From Anthoceros angustus (lineage: Eukaryota > Plantae > Anthocerotophyta): 64,000 nucleotides of DNA. Positions 26,301 through 37,186 of the stretch are shown one piece after another. Each line of letters begins with the position of its first letter. Position 1 is the first letter of the stretch. A program made the translations under genes and the position numbers. Location of the stretch: contig VJWM01000025.1 of assembly GCA_010909165.1 (NCBI GenBank), forward strand, positions 248,001 to 312,000, read 5' to 3'. The notes beneath the pieces were generated by a model. That model saw only the letters and a list, made by a program, of their open reading frames with translations. It had not been told where the DNA came from and made no database searches.

Positions 26301-28984
26301 AGCCTCCTCCGCTCACCGGAGGCGCTTCCATCAGGCGCAGCGGCCCGCCGTCAGCCGGGGACTTCTGCGCCCGCCTCTGAGCAGGCTCTACCACGCCTGG
26401 CCGCGGCCTTGGGGGGAGAGGTGCCTCCTCCCACATGTCCGTGGCGGGTGGGATCTTGGCGAGTGCCTCAAGGTCGAGGATGCCGGACGGTCGGGCGTTG
26501 TTGAACTCTCCCTCGAGGCGCCACGACCACCGCCACCGCCCGCTATCCCCCATCCTGGGACATCCACTTCTTCCTCCTCCCGGAACCCGTACACCTCCGA
26601 AGGCGCCGCCGCTCCTGTACCTCCCAGCTGCGGAGGTGTAAATTGCGTCCACGTCCCGGATGTCATTTGCATCGACTGTCGGCCTCTGTGTGTTGTCTTT
26701 GGGGGTGGGCAGAATATCTTTGGATACACCGGACTTGTGTGTCTTGTGGCATAGCGGCATCACGGACCCGGTCCCAGTGCCACGGGCTTGTCGAATAGAG
26801 CCTCGCATCAACAATGGGCTGCACACCGTTCCTTGATGCGTTAGTTGTTCGCTGCGAGGTCGGTAGCGGACCGACAGACAACCGCCTTCTCCATCTCCCA
26901 AGTCGACCTTGGGGAAAGCCTTGTCCTTGTACTTGTCGGGCGGCTTTGTGTGCCAGCTCCGCCTCCAAGCAGCGGTGCTCAGCTCTTTGCTTCTTCGGGC
27001 CTATACGACCCGTGATTCGCAGCTGCGTGAATGGGATTGTCCCAGCCGGAGGCCTCGCTCTCCTCGGCGCGCGTCTCCCTCCTCTGGCGTGGGCGGAATG
27101 CGTGAGGATCCTCCCACCCATTCCCGCCATATGTGGAAGGGCCGCTGGGGCGACCACGTTGAACCTCCGCTCCGGCGATGGCGGCTTGGTGGCGAGTCGT
27201 CCGCGGTCCCGATCTTGGGCGTGGCCGCGCGTCCCGCCAGTGATCGCTGGCCGGGCGCAATTGCCGCTCCGGCCGGCGCGAGCGCGATGGCGGCGGTAGG
27301 CCACGGCCGCCTCCATCCGTGGAGGCGGCCGATCGGGCCGCCTCCATCCCTCCATCCGCGGTCTTCTCCTTCGTGCGTGCCCGGCAGGCGTATGTGCCCA
27401 CAATTTCTTCTTAAATCTGCTGCCGGCGGGTTGTGATGTGCAATGCTCACGGTGTCTTCGCTAGGCGCCATGGAGCACATGTGCAAGATCGCGGTACGAT
27501 ACCTTATGTCCTGCCCCCGCCCAGATGTGTGCGCCTCGGTTGTGTGGGGCGAGCGCATGTGCAAGGAGATCGATGGCGGTGATGTCGCAAGCATTCGTGC
27601 GCGCGTGTTCGAAGGTGGGGTTGCAGCCGGAAAGCTGAAATCATTGTCCATAATCCTCCGTATCCCATACGACATCTTTGTTGACGCGGCATGTCGGTAC
27701 ATCGTTGAGTTACGAGGGGCGGTGCGATTGCGGTAGTTTTGGCTCGCGCATGCTGCTGCGTTGCGACTATGCGTACAATACTCTCCACAAGTTGCGGCCG
27801 CCATAGTGCGCCATGCATGCTGCGGCCAAACCACTCACACCCTCATCGCGTTGCGCTCACCGCACCACTTCCGCTTTGGTTGTGCGGAGGACATGGCGTA
27901 GTGGGTCGCGGCGTTTGACTTCCGGCGCCCAAACATGTCGATGGTGCGGAGGGTCCATGGTTCCTTCCGCGTCACATGTGCGAAGATCGTACACGTGTCG
28001 CATAACATATTGGGTCCGATATGTCGAACATAGTGGGCGCATAGTGCAAATGATGCGGTATCAACTGCCTCGAGCATTGGTGTCCGGACCGCACCACGGC
28101 GTTAGAAGCAATTCATTGTGCCCCTGGCTTATTCAAATGCCCTTCTCATCCGATGTCTATGCATTGCGGGCATGCGTCGACACGGCTATGCATTTATAAG
28201 GTATTTCGTAGTGCGCGCCATGATGATCCGGCTCATGAAGTCCATCCCATATTGCTTGCCATGAAATCCGTGACCATGGCCCATATTGGCACCAGCGACC
28301 ATCACTTCACATTTTTCGATGGCATGGTTGCCCCTTGGCCCTTCCGCCTCTCATGGCTCGGAGATTTGTCTGGTCACTCCCACATCCGACCCCATCCGGC
28401 GGCCTGGTCCTCCCGCCCTTACCGCTCCACACGGACGTCGAGCCACCGCGCCATCCCCGCCCGCGAGGCGGCCTGCAGCCCGGCGTGAGCCCACGCTGCA
28501 CCCCATGAGGCCGGCCCCACCCGGCACCACCGGCTCAACCGCCCAACCAGCCGCCCCAACCCACCACCACACCCAACAAAGCCAAAATCCACAGACCAAC
28601 AATGCCACCCCAAAATGCTACTAACCAATGCCTAAAGCGCTAAATTTGCCTTGCCTTACATTGGTGAAATGCATAATGCGAAAAAAGGCAATTGCGAGTT
28701 GAATGTGCAAGCTGGCGAGGTTGAATGTGCAATTGGACGGGAGCGACAGCCATAGAACACAATGCACTTGCGGTTGAAAAGAGGATGACGTTGCGGGGCT
28801 TGCCTCGGCGGCTCCCTCCTCGAATGACAATGACAATAATGAAGGAGGTGCATATTCGTTATATGAACACATGAACAATGGTCCCTATGTCAAGACCAAG
28901 GCAAGCGCAATGCATTTGACCGGTGGCCAAAGTTGGTTGCCTAACGCTCCCACTAGATCCCAAAGGTCGGAGAGAGAAAGAAGC

Positions 28985-30545
28985 CGGTGCATGGCGTATG
29001 GATGCCTTTCCATGCGGACAAACTTCTACAATCGAATGAATGGGTAGGAAGCCACATATAGACATGTTCTATTTAGTCGAAGACCAAGGAAAGCAGTTAA
29101 TCACGTGCCACCTCTCTTTGGTAGGCACTATAGGTCTATTTAAAACCTACTTGTCCTTGGCCTTGAACAAATGATATGCGATGCAACGTACTCGCCCTTT
29201 TCATTGGGTTATGTTGTTCATGTATTACGTATATATTCGCAACCCTATATATATGGTACTGCCACATGCATCACGATGCACATGGATTCATTGTGGCATG
29301 ACACAACATCTACCTAGGCATGTTCACACACACAACCAACCATACATCATGCATACACACCATGTGCATGCCATACATTCAATGCACCACATCACATGCA
29401 CCTACAAATCACATGGCATATGGCAAGTGGTATGACAACAATGTTAAGCTAAAGTCGAAGACCAAGGAAACACGTCCGCAAGGGTTGGACCGAGGCTCCC
29501 ACGGAAAATCACGGATCCCAAACATAAGAGAAAGAAGACAAGACCTTGTCTTCGACCTACAGGAAGTATGGATGCGTTCCATGCGACAAACTTCTACAAT
29601 CGAATGAATGATTGGTAGGAAGCCACATATATAGACATGTTTCTAGCGTGTATGTCAAGCCAAGGAGCAGGTTGAATCACGTGCCACCTCACACCGAATG
29701 TGGAAACTTTGGGTTTATTTATTATCATACTTGTCCTTGGCCTTGAACAAATGATATGTATGCACTTAACAACGTGCTTGCGCTTTTCCTTGGGTTATGG
29801 TGTTTAGGTTTTTCTATGTAGATGCATGACCTATATGTGTGTCATAGTACGTGCTATACATGCGATGCGAGATAGATGGATTGCGCTATGACACATGTAG
29901 GTAGACATGTGCATCCATGCAACCGCGCATCATGCATACATACCATGTGCATGCCATGTGGACCTTTTCCTTGGGTTATGGTGTTTAGGTTTTTCTATGT
30001 AGATCGATGACCTATATATGTGTCAAATCTTAGTAGCCATATATACATCACGATGCGGATAGATGGATTGCGCTATGACCGCGGCATCTAGGTAGACATG
30101 TTCCATCATCGCATACATGCATCATGCATACATACCATGTGCATGCCGCCTTTTCCTTGGGTTATGGTGTTTAGGTTTTTCTATGTAGATCACGATGACC
30201 TATATATGTGTCATAATCTTGAAATCATAATGCGATGATAGATGGATTGCTATGGCACTGACATCTAGGTAGACATGTTCCGTGCATCACATTGCATCAT
30301 GCATACATGCACATGTGCATGCCATGTGCACCTTTTCCTTGGGTTATGGTGTTTAGGTTTTTTGTATATAGATTCGGACCTATATGTGTCATAGTCTGCG
30401 AACATGATGCACGATCACGGATGGATTGCGCCATGGCGATCTAGTAGACATGTTCACGTGCATCATTGCAACCATGCATCATGCATACATACATGTGCCG
30501 TATGTGCACCTTTTGGGTTATGATTTTTAGGTTTTTTGTATATAG
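28985..30545 (-). repeat. Inverted copy of the same satellite: two full units, then ~183-bp subunits
   Basis: Reverse-complement motifs GTGCCACC, CTTGTCCTTGGCCTT, CTTTTCCTTGGGTTATG (at ~29783, 29964, 30150, 30333, ~30510) and CCATGTGCATGCC. Confidence 0.85.
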
Positions 30546-30663
30546 ATTTGCTGACCTCTTTCCGGTGGGTATTTCCGGGGCAGCTAATCAAAACCACACC
30601 AGCCTGGACGCCAGGAAGATGGATTGGTTGGAAATGAAAATTGGGAGGTTGTGTATGACAGCC

Positions 30664-31730
30664 TCAAAGTGAAAGGGGTTTGGTACATTGTGTCACAGCT
30701 ACTTCGCCACCCACGCCACGAAAGGGAGGGATTAGTGAAATTAGGCTGGAAGTGGGTGGCGATACCGCGCCGGCAGAACGCAAGGTCATTTGTTTATTTC
30801 CTAGTGCTCGTTCATTGGTTTCCATGAAAAGAACGGCAGGCATACCCGCTGGCTGAAATGGTTGACACTCACCGTGTTTGTAACCCACAATTCCCTTTTG
30901 GGAAAGGAAGGACTGCGCATCCCAACATCCAGGCGGTGGGCGGTGTGCACCCCATTCCTCCACCAGTTTTGGGGTTGGTAGGTAAGGTGTGGGGCGGCGT
31001 CCAGGTGCGCTTGGGGGAGGGGTTGGGAACAGTGGGAGGATGCATCCGGGTTCGAGATCTGTTGTCGGCCGAATGATGGACCCGGCATATGGGGTGGGCT
31101 CTGAAATAAGGATTGCGGTGTCAAAGTTGGGTTCGAGCCAATTTGGTGCCACCATGGTATCTTGCTTCATGTCAACCCGTGCGGAGAAGGGGCGGTGATG
31201 GGAAGGGGCGGTTGCATGGGGTGGAAGGAAAGCAGTGCGCGTACTTACGTGCAAGGAAGGCGGCGGCGTGGCGGTGGCGTTCCGGGTTTGCGGCAGCGAC
31301 TGAAAGTGAAGCGAGAGAGAGGCAAGCCGCCGCCAATTGTCGATGGCCACGCGCGGAAAAATGGGCGAGGGCGAGCAAGTGTGTTTACCGCACGGCCGAG
31401 CCATTGTAGATTGTTCACAAACGGACAGCAGTGTTTGGTGCGTGCGCTAGTTTGGAAGTGTTGCTGCAGTGCACTTGTGGCTGCACTTCAAACAATGAAT
31501 CAAACGCGGAAACCAAAAGTAAACCGTGATAGCTCCTGCCTTTTTCAAGGTGTACTGGTAGGTCCACGAGAACCGCCAGCACCATGGGAGGTAGACGACG
31601 AAGGCAAACCAGAAGGAGGTCCGAAATCCCGGGCGTGGTGAGCACTAGGCTCGACCACAGCAAGAGTCAGATCCACCGGCGAGTGGGGTGAACCGGGGTC
31701 CTCAACTCGAGCGCGTTTCCTGGCGGAAAC
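30664..31730 (-). CDS. Possible Pro-rich gene of unknown function, divergent from the transposase
   Basis: 246-aa ORF 30664-31404 plus an upstream ORF reading MVLLEPVSARKRARVEDPGSP...; no recognisable domain. Confidence 0.25.
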
Positions 31731-32237
31731 GGGTTCGAGAAGAACCATGTCGCCAAAAGGAGAAAAAAGAAATAAAAGAAAATAAAGCTCAAAAGATAAC
31801 CCACGCAACGGCAAGAAAAGAACGGGTTTAGGGTAAAAGAGAACCAAAAACGACCGTGCAGGCGGGTAGAAAAGAGAGCAGAGGGAAAATCCTCAAGGAA
31901 AACGATCCTTATCGAGGAAAGAAGGGTGGTGACAAGTGAACAAAAGAGAAGGAAAAAGGGCCCAAATTAGTTTCGCCAAAAGGCTCATCAGTGGGTATAA
32001 TCCTTATCACAATTGTGCAGATGGAGCACCACATATATAGACCAAGAATGGTCAGAAATCTCGATGAGATAAAGAGTTTATCTCGATACGAGGAAAATAG
32101 ATCCCTCGGAAAATAAACTAAAGAGGCTGAACCTTGGCTCGCACCAAAAAAGCACCCAATTTCTTCGGATTTCGCCAACAGACGATTGGCTTGGAAATGA
32201 AGGTCAAAGACGGAACTTTTTGCATTTCTGCATAGAG

Positions 32238-32258
32238 TTTAGGGTTTAGGGTTTAGGG
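32238..32258 (+). repeat. Interstitial plant telomeric repeat (TTTAGGG)x3
   Basis: Direct reading TTTAGGGTTTAGGGTTTAGGG. Confidence 0.9.
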
Positions 32259-32399
32259 TTTTCAGCCACGAACTTGCTGCAGTGCGCCTCTGCATGCGTC
32301 ACGGTAAACCCCCGCAAGCGCAACCGCGGACCGTCGTGGAACAAAAATCGAGTGGCCATACGCTAAAACCGATCGAAATCTCGCTTCAGAGGAAACCCT

Positions 32400-33850
32400 T
32401 GGCTATGGACATGCCATTACTCGGGCCGCAAAGTGTTAGGGAGGATTGAAATCGGCGCCGGCTGTTCACTGCGAGGTGCATTTGGGGTTTGAACTGGGAG
32501 GAAGGCGCATGGGCAAGGAAAAAGCACTCCCACTGGAGGAAGTAGGCGGCGCGAGGTCTGGAAGGTGTTGAGGCCACCGAACTCTCCACCTTGGCCCTCA
32601 CTTGGGGCAAAAAACGGCTGTGAAGGGTGCCCATGGACGCACCGCGCGGCGGCCTTCCAGGCCAGGCGGACGAAGGAGGAAGAGGGTGGCCAGTGCGCCA
32701 GCACGGGCTGCATCAAGAGGACATGGCGGAAGCCCATCATCATGCTGGACGTGAACACTGTAATCAGGCATGTGTGGGATGAGGTGGAAGGGAGATGAAG
32801 GATGGCAGAGACGGGATGAGCGCCGCCTTTACACCGCAAACTGTACGATTTGGCGGTGCAAAGACTTGCGGAGGCCATTGAAAGGCCTACCGACCGAGTT
32901 AGCCGCAGCTTGAGCACGTGACGAGGCTCGTGATCGCAATACCTGCATGATGCGGGTGTATGGGAGGTTGTCCGTGGAGGAGGTGTACGCGATTGCCACG
33001 CACACACCCATCACGACGGCCAGAACGCTCGAATATTTATCTGCGGCAGAGCCGCAATCGGATGGAATCGAAATCCCAAGGAGGCAGTCACGGAGGCGCT
33101 GCGTTTGATGCAGGTTACATGGCACGCACGACGACAGCGCATCCGCATCTGGGGCATACCAATGCGACACCCATGTACATGTGGTGGCATGCGTGATGCG
33201 GGGGTCAGAGTGCGAGGTTCGCAGGATTGCGTTGCAGGGAAGAAGTGATTGCAGGAGTTGTGACTGCAATCGGTGACGGGTGCATGTTGCCTTGTGCGCA
33301 GCTTATGACAAGATGTACCAATTCTACTTCAGAGTGCATGGGGCCATAGATGGGGCAACCCATTACGTCCCCTGGTTGGTGCTGGAGGATAACAAGCGGG
33401 GAACGACGATTTTCAATGCCTATGTGGAAGCAGTGAGGAAGTTTGGGCATCCGCAGCCGATTCGGTCGGACTACGCAGCAGAGCACAACCTAATAGAGGC
33501 AGATATGAACCGAACGAGGCCAAGGGCACATGGAAGCAACTTCATCCGCGGCCCCTCTGTGCACAACCAGGTAAAAGTGTGGTGTGGTCTCCGTTTCATG
33601 CTGTGAATAATTTGGTGAAGCGATGTGAATGCGGGATTGTTGCAGAGGATTGAGCATTTATGGTGGTCCCTGGGAGAAAAGTGGGCGTTCCTGTACAAGG
33701 GGTACATGATGGATATGGTGAGGCGTGACATCACCAACCCCAGCACATCCATTCACGTGACCTTCATGCCACGCGATGAGGCGGGCTCGGCGTTGGGCGG
33801 TATGGAATAGCCAGGTGCGGAAGATCGAGGCAGCGGAGACATTCCGGCCA
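32400..33850 (+). CDS. Spliced IS3/integrase-type DDE transposase (IS3EU-like) with small frameshifts
   Basis: GIEIPR-EAVTEALRL...WH.(D)AYDKMYQFYFRVHGAIDGATHY...DN...FGHPQPIRSDYAAEH...GPSVHNQ|RIEHLW...WNS. Removing the 75-bp GT-AG intron 33571-33645 restores SVHNQRIExLW. The 5' start is uncertain. Confidence 0.8.
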
Positions 33851-34886
33851 TGTGCACCTGTCGCATTCGAAGAAGGTCGACTACAAGGGTGGGTGCGACC
33901 GCATATGGGGGAGGAGGGCGATGGCGAGGAGTTCGATGTGGGTGGCCCTCGGTATGCAAAAGCGTGGCCCCGAGATGCCACCACTCGGTGGCATTGAATT
34001 GCTGACGGGGTGAGCAGCTGCGGTGCATGTCCATATTTTTGTCTGCGTTCGGCATTGTGGAGGGGCGGGGAGGCGCATCGCGCCATATGCGACCAGGCCC
34101 CGAATCGTATGGGGCCTTCTGTGGTTGTGCGAGGAAGCTGCGGCGAGGACAATGCATATGCAAAGGGCTTGCGGGACATGGACTTCCTCCGGACATGTAT
34201 CGCTGGCGCACTAACAACACTCTGCGGTGCGAGTACAGGGCCGTGCACCTCCACCGGTGGGACGGATGAAGCCACCGTGGGCGTGGGAGCCATCACCTGC
34301 TGCGCATGGTGCACAGTGTGAGGCGTGTGGCCAGTTGCGGCCCGGAGTGAGCTAGGTGTAGGCTGCAGAAAAGTGTTTTGTGCGCTCACCATGACCTGGG
34401 AGCGCTCATAATGTGGATTTCTTTGTTCTGGCCTTTTGAGATGTGAGCCCAATGGTGGCTTTGTTGTGGTCCAATGTAAAGGGTGGTTGTGTGAAGATGG
34501 TGTGCGATGTCGCCCGAGGCCTGTATGGCTGGCAACTGCAATCCCACGACGTCTGGATGGCTGCGATAGCCAGGCGCGCGAGGCGTACATGTCGCTAGCG
34601 CACCACCGGGCTGACTGCGGCTGGCGCTCGCGGATGGCTCCTCCACGCTATCTCCCATAAAGGCCTGTGATTTCCCGCCATGGCAAAGCGGGGCGGATGG
34701 GGTCATGGTAATGGATGTCGATGGCCCATGCCCTGACAGCCTAAAAGAAAACATTGTGTGTCACAACCACAAAAGATTCTGACATGGACACCACCGTGAT
34801 TGACGAGAGGGACACGAGCGCACGGCCCGATGTCGTCAAGTGTGGTTTTCCCGCCGTATGCGGCGAAACTTTTGTCACGATGGAAA

Positions 34887-34926
34887 AAAACCCTAAAGGG
34901 CTTCCTGACGAGATCGGTATTCCATA
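34887..34926 (-). mobile_element. Right terminal inverted repeat of the transposase-bearing element
   Basis: AAAACCCTAAAGGGCTTCCTGACGAGATCGGTATTCCATA is the exact reverse complement of the first 40 nt of the 35092 element; host sequence AGTGTGCTTG resumes immediately after. Confidence 0.85.
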
Positions 34927-35091
34927 AGTGTGCTTGTATGCTTAGCACCTAGTGCAATTAATGCATATAACCCATATTATATTGAAGTGTTGTTGTTCCT
35001 ATGAATAAAGCCTTAGCCCTTTCTTCCATCAGGCTCCGCCTTGTTCTTTGTCATGACACCTGGAATACATACATGAGCCATGGGCCAAGTG

Positions 35092-36067
35092 TATGGAATA
35101 CCGATCTCGTCAGGAAGCCCTTTAGGGTTTTTCGATGAGTGATAAAGAAGTTTTCACACATAAAAGTTATGTCACGGCGAAAAGTAAAATCCCCACTTGA
35201 CGACATCGGCCGTCGGCGCCTGCCCCTCGTGTCCCGATCTCGTCACTAAGCTTGTGGTGTCTGTGTGGAGAATCTTTTGTGGTTGTGACACACAATGTTT
35301 TCTTTTTTAGGGTTGTCAGGGCATGGGCCATCGCACATCCATTCACATGACCCCATCTGCCCGGCAGTTTGCCATAAGGAAACCTTCAGCAGGCCTTTAT
35401 GGGAGATAGCGTGGAGGAGCCATCCGCGCGGAGCGCCACTGCCTTTCGCATGCATACATGCCCTTGTGGCTGATAGCCTGGAGGCGCCATGTACGCCTCG
35501 CGTGCCTGGCTTTCGCAGCCATCCAGGCGTCGTGTGATTGCATTTGGCAACCATACAGGCCTCGTGCGATAGCGCTGTATCTTCGCGGACCTTTACATTC
35601 GACCACAAGAAAGCCACCACTGGGCTCACGTCTCAAAAGGACAAAACAAAGAAATCCACATTGTCAGCGCTCCCAGGTCATGGTGGGGCGCTTTTTGCAG
35701 CCACACCAGCTCCTGGAAGGGCCTCAAACCTGGGCCACAAGCCCCTCACGCATGGTGCACCACGCCGGGGTGATCGCCCACGCCCACGGGTGACTTGACC
35801 TCCGATCACCACGGTGGAGGTATTCGGTGAGTATGTGTGTTTGACATAAACCCTAAATGGCAGAAAGAAAAGTGGATGACGAGATCGGAACAGGAGGGGG
35901 CAAGTTCCGAGACAAAAAAACTTTGTGGCGCCTACGGCCCGTCGTCCGCTGATGTGGCGCGTATGAGATGAAGGAATCTTGAAGATGCGCAGGCATTTCA
36001 TGTAGAATACCGGAAGAAAAAAACTTGTCACACACACCCGGCTTAGTGACGAGATCGGTATTCCATA
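35092..36067 (-). mobile_element. 976-bp non-autonomous derivative with TIRs and a 6-bp TSD
   Basis: Termini TATGGAATACCGATCTCGTCA / TGACGAGATCGGTATTCCATA; CAAGTG duplicated at 35086-35091 and 36068-36073; single CAAGTG empty sites at 45825 and 56284; 35270-35760 is the inverted equivalent of 34290-34790. Confidence 0.93.
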
Positions 36068-36359
36068 CAAGTGCTTGGATGGGATGCTGTTCATTCAAAT
36101 TCCCTCAAAAATCTAAACCTTTACCATCTGTCTGCAGCTAAGTACGATGTGGTTGTGGGGCGTGGGCGTCAAACAAATAATTTATTTTACCTCCATTAAG
36201 GACGGAGATGCCGCCATGTGGGTGTGGGGCGATAAACAAATAATTTATGTAAAATCCACTAAAAGACGGACACGCCGCGCAACTTGCTCCGTAGAGAAAA
36301 CTAGGCTTCTAACACTAGGTACCCATCCGGATCCGCTTGCAGTGTAGAGCGCTTAACTA

Positions 36360-36997
36360 CGACGAGTTCATGATCCCACTGTCAAACTAGGAAACCAGAT
36401 GTCTTCATGTGGTTTTTCATAATCTCTGCACGTGCTAATCACGGGAAACCTAGTGAGGCCTTACAACTGTACCTTGAAATGCGTAGGTCAGGAGTGAAGG
36501 CGGATGCTCGTGTCTTTGTTGCCACCCTTCAGGCTTGTGCATTGGCCGCCGACTTGGAAGCTGGCAGAAACGGGCACTGTGATGTGTTGAACAGCGGCAT
36601 TCCTACTAACTTGTTTGTTGGCAACTGCCTGGAAGACATGTACGCAAAATGTGGCGAACTGATTGTGATGCACGCCGGGTTTTTGACACTATGGCCATTC
36701 ATGATGTCGTGACATGGAATTCCCTGATATCTGGGTATGCAAAATGTGGTGAAATAAAAAATGCACAACAGGTTTGCGACAGCATGGCCACAAAGAATGT
36801 GATGACATGGACGGTGCTGATAGCTGGGTATGCTGAACAAGGGCTCGGGCAGGAGGCCCTTCTTGTGTCTGGACAAATGGAGCGTAACCAAGTTACTTTT
36901 GCTTGCCTTCTCTAGGCCTGTGCAAGCACTGGTGCCTTACAGAAGGGCAGGCAGCTGCACTCCGAGATTTTTCAAAGACTATACGCAGGCTGCTGGA
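36360..36997 (+). pseudogene. PPR gene A fragment, unit 1
   Basis: PLS motifs (VFMWFFIISA..., [23 protein letters not shown]); in-frame TAG in LL*AC; deleted after GCTGCTGGA. Confidence 0.85.
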
Positions 36998-37186
36998 CAC
37001 TACTCATTCTGGAAGGTAGTACCCAGGCTGGTTTAGTATGAGCGTACAAAATTCATCTGGTGGCCTGACCTAAGTACGCAAAATGCATCTGTTTGTGCAC
37101 TTTGCACTTGCTCATCCTGCCATGATCCATCGTCTGCTGTGAGACTCATCGTCCGAGAGCGGTACTTGAACGATGTTGGCCACAGT

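Noticed and set aside
32238-32258. True telomere
   Set aside because: Only three units, and internal.
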